Positions 39,501-54,500 of a stretch of DNA of 64,000 nt are shown here, one piece after another. The translations under genes and the position numbers were made by a program. Source of the DNA: Owenia fusiformis. Taxonomy: Eukaryota. The stretch is taken from positions 8,556,001 through 8,620,000 of the forward strand of contig CAIIXF020000001.1 in NCBI GenBank assembly GCA_903813345.2, given 5' to 3'. Position 1 is the first letter of the stretch. The number at the start of each line of letters is the position of its first letter. The notes beneath the pieces are model-generated. The model did not search any database. It was given only the letters and a program-made list of their open reading frames with translations, and was not told the origin of the DNA.

Positions 39501-42500
39501 GTCCCTTTGATTAAAGCCAAGTAGCACTTTAGACCTCTCATTTATATTTCAAGTGTTCTTAGTCTCAGTTTCGTGTTTTCACCAATTCATCAATATTTTG
39601 AAAGAAAATAATTTTCAGATTTTTTGTCAGTATTTTTTAAGCCCTTTTTTATAAGACAGCTTAACTCCATGATTTCATAGATGTGTCGGGGCATTTTCTT
39701 CAGAGTTCATCAATTTCAGAATTCTCAGATTTTTAAAAATATATCCTCTATTATTATGCTTCCATAATATTAGAGTTTTTGAGACTTGAACACATTTTAC
39801 TAAATCCATACCCTCTTTACCATCTATTATGGGAAATACTGTAACAAAATGGGAAAGAGATCTGATGCGTTTTTAGCTATCTTCTAATAACCTCCACCTT
39901 TGGCTTATAGTAGAACCTGACCTTTCTTGTCATAATATTAACCTTGAAATGTGGTGTTAGTCATGTCTAGGGTCATAGAGACCATGTAGAGAATCATTGA
40001 TTAATATGGAATCTGTTTAGCCAGAGAATCTGCTTCTCATAAAAAACTCATATAGCCTATCATTATATTCAAATTGCATTTTTTAATTTTGAAGGTGTTT
40101 GCCAAATTGGCATTGTTGACACATTGATTATATACAGGCCCTCCCTGACTGTCCTAGTCATAGCCTTGTCATACAAATTCAGCATATTGAATATTTCTTA
40201 TGAAGACCTTAGAAAACAATAGAAAGTATCAGACCCCTTTGGAACACGCCTGACCTCAAATGAGAATATCGAACAAATTGTAACATTGTCCTTCTAACAG
40301 ATTTCATGGAATATGTTGAGAAATATGAAAAAGTTTACCAGGGTTGCTTCCAGGTGGGGGTTGTACCAAGGTGTCATATCAAAGCGAGATGCAATAATTA
40401 TTATGATTTAATTAATGCTTTGTAGTAGAATTTTAAGTACTTAGTATGCAGGTACATGCTCCTCAAGCTATCTCACTTGAATCACACTCTACAGTTTTTG
40501 ATATCAAACCTGATATTTTGGGATGTATTAAAAGTTGAAAAAGTATGCTACATTATCTGATTGCGTTTGTAATTGAAAGGTGCCATGTCTGAATTAATGT
40601 TGATAATAAAGAGAAAGTTGAACCCTTTTTAAGAATTAAACTTTATGGGGTTATATTTGAGATGTGATCATAATCGTACTGGCAAACTCAAGGACCATTT
40701 ATGCATTTCGTCTGACTTTGTGACCCTTCATTTATTACAACCTTATTTTCTGCAGATCAAAGAGTTTTGGATATTAATTTCCGTGTACTGTGTAGATTTA
40801 TTTCAATAATACCAAACTAAACAGAAATGAAAACAAAAAATAATGATGACATATCAGATTTCAACATGAACATGGTTTGAAAAGATCATCTCTGCCCCAC
40901 TCCCTTCAACTCCCTGGTAAACCAGTACATTGTATTTACTACAGGTTGGGCCAAAAACATATACATCTTTGATTTGGTTATATTTTTGAGATGCAGGAAT
41001 TATTTTTGCTATTATTCCTGGAATGAGATAAATATATCTCCAGAGGTTTCTGAATAAAACAGGTTAACCATCGCGAAATATACACACTGTAAAAAAGTTA
41101 TGAAAACATGGATGTTTTTATGTCACCCTGTTCATTTAATAGACTTGCAATTTGCATCATTTTTTTTTTCATTGATCCTTCCTGCAATTTTTAGAACTTT
41201 CTTTATCCATACTTAAAATTGGTACATAATAATTTGAATAAAATGGCGGTAAAAGTTACATATTCTTTGATGTATTGTATTACATCCATTTTACTTCTTT
41301 ACACCTTATCTTCTTCATAGTTGTCATCTTGTATATGTTAATCGATCATAAAAAGACAGTAATTATCATCAGGTCATATTGAAAAGTGCTTTTCAATAAT
41401 GCTTTTCAAAAATAATTTGATGCCTAGTAATATCATTTTCGCAAAGAGGGGTTTACTGTGACTTTATTGCCTAGCTATTTCTATGGATATGTCTAACACA
41501 GCACCAGTCTGAAAAAAGTTTAAAAATTCCATGCATATGAGGTCATAATATTTCATGAGAACAAAATGTGTCCTCTCAAAACCATTCAGTTTATACTTCA
41601 GCCCTCATACATGACTTGGCTCGAATTTCCTTGTAGAGTCAAGATAAAGATGTTGTATGGAAGAATGCTCTTTGGAACATTTGTACTCCTTTACTAAACT
41701 TGCCATGATAATAATTATTTCATATTGTTTTTCAGATTATTGAACAACAATCAGCTCACTCGCATCCATCCAAATACCTTCACAGGCCTCTCAGAACTAC
41801 GATACCTGTAAGTATCCAGTGCTCGTTGACTTGACAATATCATATTCTTCTAACCAGATGTTTTGAAAACATTCCAATAATATCTAGCAAACCAAATTTA
41901 GAGTGCCCAGATAAAACTTTCTTAAAAGGAGATATGCATATGATTGTAGTACAAACTACAAAAATGCAATAGTGTTGAGCATTGCAATGCAGAGCATTAT
42001 ATTGCCAGCAAACAAGGCGATAAATCTAGGCTCATCTGTAGACCTGAATTACATTGGGAAAATTGAGCTGACATCTGACATAGAATCCTATCATATAAAG
42101 AGCATAAATTGACATAATCTCAGTTATAGCAAGTTGCTTGAAAAGCCAAACATGATGTACTTGTACAAAAGAATTTGGAATGTTCTTAATGCTCTTGTTA
42201 AGTGTGTTTAACTAATAGATATTTCAACTGTGAAAGCTTACATTTTATGAAACATCTACTTATAAGAGATTTTTTATGCACTATTTATTGCATGATTTAG
42301 AAAGGCAAGGTAGCTTTATTAAAATGATCCAGATGAAAGATTATTAGAGAATACAACTGTTGCTAAGGTTTCTGGAATCTGGAAGCATTCCTAACTTTGT
42401 AACATAACATAGGCTGTTTTGTGAGAGATGTTTGCCCCATAATGTGCTTAGGGACCTAATTATTCCAATGACTTGTGAAATGATAAGAAACAATTCTTGT

Positions 42501-45500
42501 AAACATATCCTCTCTCCTATTATCATTAAGAGAGATTAATGAAATATTACAAGTCTAAAGGTGACAAGTAGTAGCAACATTCTGGTAAGCAAAATACCAC
42601 TGTGTGCCTTTTACTAACAGTCTGTCTGAATGAAAAATTAAGAAATGAATGTTAACCCCCAAAATAACCAGATCTCACTGAACTTCTGTATCATTGCTAC
42701 TCTTATATGTGTCTCGGATTTTATAGTGAAGTAAAGTGCTGCTATTTTATACTGGTAACCTCTTGACTACCCAGCGTGATAAGATTTCTCGTCACCTAAG
42801 AAATGACCTTGAAACCCAGAGTGCCGAGATAATCTGTGACAATTTTTTCACTGAAATTGCTCTAATTTGAACTGTTTCAACAAAAATATGTTCTAAAAAT
42901 GTAGAAATTATCTCTGTCGACTAATTTTAGTAAATTGAGCATCATCTGTGTATATGTATTGAGTAAAATGTCAAAAGCTGGCAAAAGTGAAAAATTCTCT
43001 GGTTACAAATGGATTTTAGAGCCTGGGATTCAAGAGGTAAATCGATAGATTTATATCCAGAAATTCAGGGATTCAGCCTGGGTTCATTCCAAACTCCTGG
43101 TATTTCCTTGGATATCAGATAATCAAGAGGCAAGTCAACATCAAAAGGATGTTTATTGGATGGCTAGGATATTTTATCACATTTGTTATCCAGGGCTTCA
43201 TTCTGGGAAGGCTCTATTTCAATGTTATCTTCCTTATGAATGGGAACATTGTGTGGTCATCTCTCAACACCTTACCTTCACCCTTTAATCTTGACATAAT
43301 GTTTATAGTCCCATGTTGTATACCTAGTATATAATGGTGCCTTTGGGTTGAAATGTGCCTTTGGGTTGAAATGTGATTGAAGTCTGAAGAATTATTTCTG
43401 GTATACTTGACAAAGCTCTCAATAGGTCAATGAAAAAATTGTGTTTTACCTTTGTTTAGCTTGCATTATAAATAGTGATGATATGATGTTAGGCTATGAG
43501 GTATTGTTCTTCGAGATTTGTATTAGCTATTTATACGAAAGCTGTTATGAGTCCACCATTCAACAAGTTCATTCTATGTCATCTGGGATTATGTTGTTAC
43601 ATGGCATATGGTGTTAAACCACTCAACAAAATAATATTTTTCTTGCAATTTATGCTAGTTTCCTTTGTTTTTGAAAGCTCTTATCTTTGAAAAAAACACC
43701 AACCAAGTTTGTTCAAACCAACTTCTTTTCACCAGTGACCCTGAACTGCAATCTTTCATGTATCAGTTGATTTATCAATTGGTTACAGAAAAATGTATGT
43801 TTTATTAGAGTGGCTAAATGTCATCAGAATCTACCAGGCACTACAAGTTCAGGTAACCAGGCAAGTAAACAATGAAATACTTAAAGGCGACATAACAGTT
43901 ATGCACATACGGTACATTTATCAAAAATAAGATTCTGAAATATTGTGAAAAGTTTGACATATTTAGCTGATTTATGATGTAAGACTGTTGTAATTATAAG
44001 TTCCATAATGAGAAGTAAAAGTGCTGATATAACGCATCAATAACAGTGATATGTTGCAGAGCGCCCCAGTTGCATATGATAACAGACATATTCATTGGCT
44101 TATCCTTCCTCATTATAGTGCAGAATGTGCAATCTCTTTCTTCTAGTTAGCAGTAACATGCTTGGTATTTGTCTGAAAAGATCATGGCATTAAAATACAA
44201 TGTTCTACAATCACACGCCCGGTGATCGTGAAAATGGGACGGAGGGGGGGAGCAGGCAATTTCCGCTAGAAAATTCAACAAATCTGGTAAAATTATTTTT
44301 TTAAGACAGAGTTTACGATTGAATTGCAAATTGAATAAGCGCACGGTATGATAAAATATGTTAGGTATTCTAGGATTATTTTTCAACCGATACTCTTTTA
44401 AGATATAAGATCTATTAAAAAAGGCGCAACGTAACCAACGTGCAAAAGTCAACGTTTTTGCTATAAATCAAGCAACAACGGACTACACGACCTGTAATAA
44501 ATACTTGTAAGTGATGTTATCATAACTAAATTAATGTCATTGCTGAATTTATAAAATAAGTTTCCATACGTTAAATAAAAAATAATCGAAAATAATTAAA
44601 ATGGGACGGAGGGGGGGAGGGGACGGAGGGGGGAGTAATAATTCTATAAAGTGAAACAACTTCACACGAATTCTTGTATTTGAAAAATGAACTCATTAAC
44701 TTAGTAAGAAACTGGATGATATACCCCTGGAGACTGAAAAATGGGGACATTTGGAGTAAAAGGACTTAAAGTCGCGAAACATCTCTAATCATGTATTATA
44801 TACATATTGCTCCCCCCCTCCGTCCCCTCCCCCCCTCCGTCCCAAATTCATTATTTTCGATTATTTTTTATTTTACATATGGAAACTTATTTTATAAATT
44901 CAGCAATGACATTAATTTAGTTATGATAACATCACTTACAAGTATTTATTACAGGTCGTCCAGACCATTGTTGCTTGATTTATAGCAAAAACGTTGATTT
45001 GTGCCTGTTGATGGCCTTGCGCCTTTTTTAATAGATCTCATACCTTAGATGCGTATCGTTTCAGAAAAAATCCCAGAAAACCTAACATATTCTACCATAC
45101 CGTGCGCCTATCCATTTAGCAATTCAATAGTAAACTTTTTCTTTAAAAAATAAATCTTCCAGATTTGTTGAATTTCCTAGCAGAAATTGCCTGCTCCCCC
45201 CCTCCGTCCCATATTCACGATCACCGGGCGTGAATCAAGACCAACCAAAGGTATTCTTTATTTTGTAAATGTTTACCGGTCCAAGAGAGGTAAAAATTTG
45301 GTTTCTAAACATAGGTCATTTTGATTTTAATTCTTCAATATTATTTTGTTCTAATTTCTGTTGTTTTTTACCGGAAAGATGATTTCCAGACAGTTCTTTC
45401 AGTTCATGAAGGGAGGCAGGATTCTGAATATGTTGCTGGGAACTGCATGAATCAGAACAGTCCTGTTATTGCAGTACACCATTTTCTTTATTTCATTGAA

Positions 45501-48500
45501 TACAACAAATAAGCTGGAATTCATATCTTAGGGTTGTTTTTCCCATTTAAAGCTTATTGCAAACTTTATTCGATAAATTTTGGCAGCAGTGTATTTTGTA
45601 TAATGTTCTTCATTCTACATTTATATTTTACAAAACTGTCCTGATTGATCTCACATTTCTCATTACGGCTCCTGGTGGTCCACATTCATAAAGCTTACAT
45701 GAGGGTTTGATCAAAAAAGTATCTAGGTTCTCAATTTATCATGAGGACAAAAAACTCCATAATATTATCATTGAGGTGAAAAATTGCTGATAGGAATGTT
45801 GCTGATGATGCCATATTGCTGCTCTCTTACTATGAAATGCAAGATGTAGGACCATACATTACTTTTGTAATATAGTCTAATGAGTCTAATGAGGGAAGAC
45901 TTGCTGGTTCTGGTAGAAATCAAATATTGTATATATGTTTATACATGTACCATATTTTTATTGCACCCTTTGGTGTTATATTGATTGGGATCAGTTAACT
46001 GAGTGGGTGGCAGGTGGCAGGTCAGTGGCACTGCATGTTTCGAATTTGCGCCTGCTCATTTCCTGGCAAACTGTTTCACTGATTGATTTTAAATTTCCAG
46101 TGGTAGAATTTAGATTTATAATATCCCATGGTCAAATCTCAGTTTAAAATCATAAGTCATAACATGGCTCAATTATATGAGGATGGAAACCAGTTATTAC
46201 CTGAGGTGTATTTTCTTGTGTGAATGATAGTTAGGAAAGCTAGAAAAAAGCTAATCCAAAGTAAGGCCTTGACTACTGGAAAAGGCCTTGACTGCTGTTG
46301 AAAGAAAATCCCTGTAGTGGGATTAATATAAAGTGTACCAGTAAAGAAATGTTTCTATTTCTGTCTGCTATGTTTATGCTATGTAACTGGTGTTTGTAGC
46401 TGATCCTGATGACAGGAACTGCTTTAACATGTAAACTTTAATTCAGTTTGATAATTGTATGGAGCACCTGGTCTTAAACCATTTTTTAAATCATAGTCAT
46501 AACATGAAACATGCATTAAGTCCTTAAACATTATGTTACAACAACTCCCATTCATCTTTTCCCTGCAACATTGATTGAGTTGATTATTGAATTGAGAGAA
46601 GGCATCAGCATGTAGAGGCCAGAATCTAAAATGTGGTGATTGAGGCAATTTTATTTTGCTGGGGCAAATTTTAGATTTAAAGTTAATTTAACACTTCATT
46701 ATCAAAGTTTCCATTGAAAGTAAACCAAAAAGCATAAATTTATATTTTTCTATAAGAATTTGGCAAGGCAGTTGCCCCGGCTGCATCATGCATTGATACA
46801 TCCATGGTATGGGACAAGACTGTATATTTTATTGCTAATACTGCTTTAAGTTTGCCAAATCTGGTTATTTGAGGAAATACAGTATTGATGAATTGAGATA
46901 GAATATTCTCTATGTTTTGAAGGGACTACAGAGGTGCGGTATATTTGAGAAAAAGCAATTGACACTCGAGTCAACTCGATTATTTAAAACCTTATTTTTG
47001 TTGTCATTTACATAACTCCATGATAATTTACTGTACCAATAGTTAAAAATCATTTGATAAATTTTGTAATTTCTTTTAAAATTCATAAGATACTGTAGAT
47101 ATTGCTATCTGGTAGAATATGTGGATGATTCAAGTCACAGAATTACAATTTCTCTCAGACATTTCAAATATAGCATGAGATTTTCAAATTATAGGAGAAC
47201 TTAACTAGTGTTGAATTTTACATCAAAACAAACACATTTGTCCTTTTAATTGGGTTGCCCTGGTTTTATCTTTTAACAACATTCTTATCTTTAATTGACC
47301 AGTTTATAGACTGATATACCTGTTGCTTGTAATAAAACAGAATACTATGCTAAATATTTTAAGATGATGACATTTATAAGCAACATAAAAAACAAGCATG
47401 TATATATTTTTTTTGTATCCACCCAGTCACTGCATATAGTGATGTAGAGAAACAGTCTGTCCTTTTAGAATCTGATCAGGCAATAACTGAAATACCAGAA
47501 AGTAGATTTTCTAGCTCAATTCTTCAGGTAAATTGTGGTCGTAGAATCTCATTTTCTTGCACCATCTATTTGTGTAGCCCCCTGGCCTAATGACATTCCT
47601 CTTACACAGGTTCTTTTCATGGAGGTAGGCTAGGGATGTTAGAATATGTTCAATCAAAATGGCTATTACAAATGACTATGGTCCCATTACTGAGTAAATA
47701 TGTATGGTTGGTATTTTGGTCCTTAGCTATATGTACTCATCTTAAAGCTATGACAAGTTGAAGTTAAGGCTCCTAAGTGATCTTGATCCTTTTGGCCAGT
47801 ATCAACAAAAATCTCTGACCCCAATCATAAATATTTACCATACCCCACTTCAAATCCCTTCTACTTATCAGCTATTTCACTTTTTCACCATTTGCATAAT
47901 GCCCCATCAAACAGAACCTTCAGACCTTTTATAACTAGGACACAACTTGCTGTATAATTGTAAAATACCTAAAAAATATCAGATATTTGTATAATTCGAG
48001 ATCTCTAATATTTTCAAAATAACTTCATGGATATATTTTTTATCAAAGCCTAAAATAGATTATTCTAACTAACATATACTATAATAACTGCAGGAACAGG
48101 CATTAGCATTTTGGTCTAAGTCAGCTCATATTGTTTGTTTTTTTCTTTCATGTTCTGTCTGTTTGTATAACTTTTGTTTTATTTTCTAGATATTTATATA
48201 AAAACAAGATCCATACATTGGAGCCAGATGCATTCAGTGGCTTAGAAAAACTGGAACAATTGTAAGTATATATGTCAGGGGTGGATCTGGGAACCAACAA
48301 GGGGGGCAAAAACAACTTCCGTGTTCGCCTGGAAAAAAATTGTGCCCCTAAGACGAAAAATGGGTCCAAATTGTGAGGCCCATTTTCTTCAAAATTTGGC
48401 CTAAAATTGAAAAATAAGGTCTTTAAAAGCCCAGTTATGACCAAAAGGGCCCACTTTTTGGAGCCTTAAGGCCTTTTTTGGTCAAAAATTGTTTTTGGCT

Positions 48501-51500
48501 CAATTTTTTTTTCTGGGCCCACCCTGGGAATCTCTGAATCTATTAATGCTTCCAGTTTAAGACTACATTTGAAGAGTAAAACATTTGTTGAAATGAAAAA
48601 CACTTTACTTAGTGATTTACTAGACTTCTAATATCAAATAAGTCAAAGTTCTACTGTAAACCAAACTTTAAAGTTAATTCGAAACACATATTTAAAAGCA
48701 TTTTATTTTTATGGTGAAACTTTAGATAACCTTAAATTAAACTTCGCTATTAAGTCACATGCCGACAAGCGTATAAATAGCTGTTAAGCTCGTTGAGTGT
48801 TTACTGTCATTTACCGTCACCAATAACCATAGTAACAAACTATTTTGATATTTTTTACAGGTATATACATTTCAATGAAATTGAAGAGTTAGAGTCAGAC
48901 ACCTTCGCAAATCTACCAAATCTTGAAAGATTGTAAGTATTCTCCTGATTCTGAATAAGTTTTGCTTGTTAATTGTGCCCAGTGGATTTAATGTTTTTTA
49001 AACTGACTAAAAAAATCATCCTTAAGTTTTGCTTGTTAATTGTGCCCAGTCGATTTAATGTTTTTTAAACTGACTAAAAAAATCATCCTTAAGTTTTGCT
49101 TGTTAATTGTGCCCAGTCGATTTAATGTTTTTTAAACTGACTAAAACAATCATCCTTAAGTTTTGCTTGTTTATTGTGCCCAGTCGATTTAATGGTTTTT
49201 TTAACTGACTAAAACAATCATCCTTAAATAATAATTACTATTCTCATTTTTATTCAACTTTTTATTTAGTCCTACTGAAAGAATCTTAATATAATATAAT
49301 ATTTGCACTTATACAGCACTTATCTACAAAAGTAAAAGTGTAGACATCAATTCCCTTTCACATTCATATTTCATACAGTATGTATATTTTTGACTTTTCT
49401 TTATGTTATCCATGTATTGTGCCACTTAAGTGGTATGGATCGATAAAGTTATTCTTAAATCTTATAAAAAGTATTCAATGTAAAAAAATGATTGAAGTCG
49501 TGGGTTCTTTCATGAGTGATTTAGTACCAATATATCTGCCTATGTATGGAAGATTTATAGAGTTGTGGGCACTATTTGTCACCTGCCTTCTTCAATAGCA
49601 CTAACTTCACAGTCTGAAGTAGGATATAAAGTATGAACTTTCATTTTTAGTAAATGTGCTTTGATTAGGTATTGCTTGCTTGAATAGTACATGTACTTAT
49701 AGTGATAACATGTATAAACACATGTACATAAACAATATATGATTGAAAGGGTTACTGGAAATATTGTAGTAAGACTGATTGAAAAAGAACAAATTATGAT
49801 CATATTTTTTAAGAAATTTGATATTGTTTGTGTTAAAAAAAAGTATTATTAAAGAAATTGCAAAAAAAGAATATACTTTGACAACATGATTCTTTGCATG
49901 TAGTATTTGAAAGTGTACTCTATAAACATGTCCTCACAAACATGAACTAAACAAACATTTGTTTTTTCCTTTGCTTTATTTGGCAATAAAGGGGGAATGT
50001 TGCAATTTGAATAAATAATCTAAAAAATGAGATGTTACACATAGTATTCACAATACTGACTTTTGCCAAAAAATGCTTTTGGATATATTTCGAGAGTTGA
50101 AAACTCATCCCCCAAATGGTTTATATGTTATATTGACTGTGGACACATATACTGTGCTATCAATATCAAACTAAGGTAGCATTACTATAATTGAGGATTT
50201 TGAGAAAACTTGCAACATGCATGATCCTTTCTTTAATTAACACTCTGTTAAAACAATAAACACCTACTGTGGAATGGCTTGGGATATGGCAATTTAATAA
50301 GGCATTTAATGAGCAGCACTGGGTGGCAACAGGCTACCTAATCCCAACCAGATAATCTCTACAGAAAGATTATCAAAAAACTAAGTGTGATATATCAGTA
50401 TCTACTCAGTGTGTTTAGCTTTAATGATAAACCAAGGTTCTGTTACTGCCAAATGTGAAGATTGATATCTTATTTGTGATAAGAATATCAACATTAAATG
50501 TTCTATTTCCTAGTTTATTCCAACCCTTGACACACTTTTTTAGTTGTCATTTTTAACTTAATTTCAAGGTATTGTGTTTCATCATCAGTGACATATAGGT
50601 TACTTGGAGCATGAGGAAAGGAGACTCCTTCATTGTCGTGATCAAGACATTTACTGAACATGTCAACCTGTATGGTTCAAATCACTTAAAATAAGTTGAT
50701 TAGAAACTAGGTCAATTTGACCTACTTTCACCAGTCAGTTCATTCTGAAAATGTTTATTGATTTCTGTTTTTATTTTTATTTAAATCACTTTGTATGAGT
50801 TGTATGTATAATGCTCTAGAAATGTCAGTTTCAAGGCAAAACATACAGTCTTGCAGTTGGTTGTTTTCAGTGTTTAGAATTTCACATGTGTTTTTCATGA
50901 GAAGTTGATAGGTATGTACTTGCCAGGTGCTTGGTAATTAGAGGCAGGGACAAGGTGTTGTGGTCACTTAGTGGGAGTCAACTTAGCCAGCACTCCTTTG
51001 CCTACGGCATAGTCAGGCTGTAGGAGCCAGTTTTTATGACATGCCAGTGGCTTAGGTGGAAATTTATATTGCAAGATGTTGAACTTTAATGACAATAGCT
51101 GACCATTTTTGACCATTCTTACCTTCAGACATTATAACTCAAAGCAAATTATCTTATCTTGCAACACTATCATTTTAAACTTTTAAGTGCACCTTTGAAT
51201 ACAACCTTTTCTAAACCTTTTGGTTCTTCACTTTCACAACAGTTTTTGAAGTGTGCTTATATCTGAGTTGAAACATGGTTTACGTGACTTAGATCCCCAT
51301 TTGTATGTATTAGGCCTATTAGATCTCAATTAGTGGCCTCCTTGAGGACTAAAGACTGATAAAGTGTGAGTTGGATCATATAAAAAATGTGAACTGGAAA
51401 TCAAGACAAATATCTGCCTTATATGTGGCTTTTGGTTGAATGATACTTGAACATCTTAGAACTACTTGACATGTCTTACGGACTCCTTCACCCCTTTCTA

Positions 51501-54500
51501 AAAATTGCATCTATCCAAAGAAGCATTTTATGGAGCAGTCTACTTTTGTGTCAGAACTATTTCAAGGGGTGTCAATGCAAACTTGACATATCTATCATTC
51601 TTGTTGCTCTGAAAACAACAACTTCCACATTTCATCAATGATTTTTGTAGGAGATAACAAAAAAATTTAAGTGCCTCAGTCATAAATATGGTTATAAATT
51701 GCCTGGATTCAACACATAATTTATAAAGCATAATTGCACATTTTGTCAGTTTCTTGAGATAAGCCAAGGAGAATGGGTAATCAATGGGCTCAATGAATTG
51801 TGGACCGAGAGGGCTTGACCACCGGCATGTTCAGGCTAGGCGATTGGGTGCCATAACCACGAGGTTGCGAGTTCGAGATGCGTGTGCTCCTTGTGTTTAT
51901 TCATTTGTCTTGCTACTTTTGTAACTAAACATGGCTATGTCATTTGTGCCAATATAAGTGATAATATTAGACATCCAGGTCATCACTCAAATGAATATAG
52001 TACCAATAAGCATTACAAAAAGAAACATTGAAATTATTACAATTTTATGAATTCCCAAAAAGGGTTGGAAAGAATATCTGCCAGCCTTTCCATACCAACT
52101 CAATTAATCTAAGATTTATATTCAAAGTAAAACCTTTCAAAATTAATGGTCTATTTTATTTGATTGTGTTACCTTGACTCTTACAGTCCTGGGACTTGTT
52201 AAGTTCTCTTCACACGACATCATATTTCTCTGTTGTTTTGTTGGCACATTTCTCAAGTGCTTTCAAGGGAATTTACCAGACTGAGCAATATTTCTTTTGA
52301 TATCTTGATGAAAGATTATAAAAAATCTTGTTTTTCTACTTTTACATATTGCATAAACACTAGGCAGCATAAGTGCAAAAGCAGAGCACTTTGAAAATAT
52401 CATTTCACTTGGCTCAACAACATATAGGATGTTGGTTAAGGTGGATTGAGGGTTAAATCCTTACCACCCATATCTTTTTATAGAATACAGGGGGACGTAT
52501 ATAAATAGATTCAAGTACATTATTAATGTGATTGTCGTCTGAGGCATTATCTGCTTTACTTAATTTATATCCCATGAAACTGATATTGTCTGAGAAAATG
52601 AATGGTTTTTATTTTGGTCAATTAATTGCCTTTGTACTTAACCTGAATGTTTTAAATGTTCAACTACACTTTATTGTGTTGATGGAATTCTGTTTTATTG
52701 AAGGGAATCCTCTATGATGCAGCTTTGCTAGTTAATGTATGTCTCCTTTGGGAGTCGATACAAAATAAAATCTAAAGTCTTGTCAGTCAGTCAGTCTGTC
52801 TGTCTTAGAAAGGGTCTTGTTTCTAAAATATTAGTAAGATCAGGAAAGTTTTCAGAAGTTGATTTCCAACTTTAAATATACATTCAACATCACATCATTA
52901 TTTTATATGCAACATAATGTTTCACTAAGTAAAATATGTTTTGTGATTGTAGGTTTTTACATAACAACAAGCTGAAGAGATTACCCAGGGGTGTTTTCTC
53001 CCACATAGGGTCCCTAAGGCGGCTGTAAGTTAGCATCACAAAGTCTAAGAATAAAGAACAGTATTACTGCGACATTGCCTCAAGCTGATAAATGGCTCAT
53101 GGTCATCTTTTTTGTGCTCTTCACCAGAATGATTTGAAAAAGTTTTTGAACTGATACTATATACTGTATTTATTAATGCAAATATTCTGCTGAATGATAA
53201 AATCTAAACATTTCTTTCTTTTCCCTCATTCCTAATGTACATTATATTTTGTTTTGTTCATCTGTTTCCTGGCCCTTAAAAGCTTTTTATGTCTCATTGA
53301 ACTGATAGGTTGAAATCAAATGATTTTTATGTGCTCAAAACATTCCTTAATTCTGTGCACATAGAGTTTATGTGAAAAACATGATAACTCAAAACTGTTG
53401 ACATATCACTTTTTGGAATTATTATTTTAACCTGTTATCAATTTTGACCATCTCCAGTGATATAGTTAAAATGCTTCATAGTCAAATAAAACTCTTATCA
53501 GATGTTTAAATCTCGTATTCTGTGGTTTCAATGCTCCATTGAGCTTTACTGGAAACAATATATCTAATCAAAATGTTATTTACTGTACAAAATTCAGTGT
53601 GAAATAATCTGAAAGCAGGTTGAGTTGAGCACTAGGAAAGGATCGTATTTGATGACATGTAAATCCTTAAAAAAACAAATCCTAAGTCCTGTATTATCCA
53701 AACTTGTTAAAATAAATATGTTTTGGTGACAGATCTTTATTCAGGACAAACTGGTATTAACTTAACATAGGTTATCTGCTAATTTGATTTTGAAAGCAAT
53801 GTTAAAATTTGAAAAAATCCAAAATCGATAAAAACTCAATTGAAACGTTCAATGACAAATCTTCTGTGCTGATAATGTTGCAAAACATGGCATGTATATT
53901 CTGTTGTTTAAATGGAATAAACAGAAAAATTGAGCAAAAATCACGTATGTTTCCTTGACACAATTCCTTATTGAAATGGTGCAATCACATAATTAAGTAG
54001 GAATTGCATATTTTTCATTGCGTTTTTACCAATCAAATAATTGGGAAGCAAATTTAATTGAATAGTATTGTATTAATAAAAGACCTATATATGTTGCACA
54101 TTGACATTGATAAACATATGGGCTTTCAGTCGACTGGATAGTAATGCCCTGATATGTGACTGTCAGATGATGTGGTTGGCTGAGATGATAAAAAAGAACC
54201 GTGGTAACACTCAAGCTGCTGCAACTTGTGAATACCCTGTATCACTGAAGGGGAAGACTATACAGAGTGTTCCAACAGATGACTTCCATTGTAGTAGGTT
54301 TATATTCAGTTGACACATATGCCATCTTTTATCTAATTTTTGAATGTCCTTGTACTAAAATGTCAATACAGTACTTATAAAGACTGGATGTCTTTTGAAA
54401 TGTTCAATACTCCTTTTGAAATCTTCTGTCAGACAACCATGTAAAAATGCAAAATAACCCAAGCTTTACGCAATTACGCCCTTTGTACATGTACAAAAAA

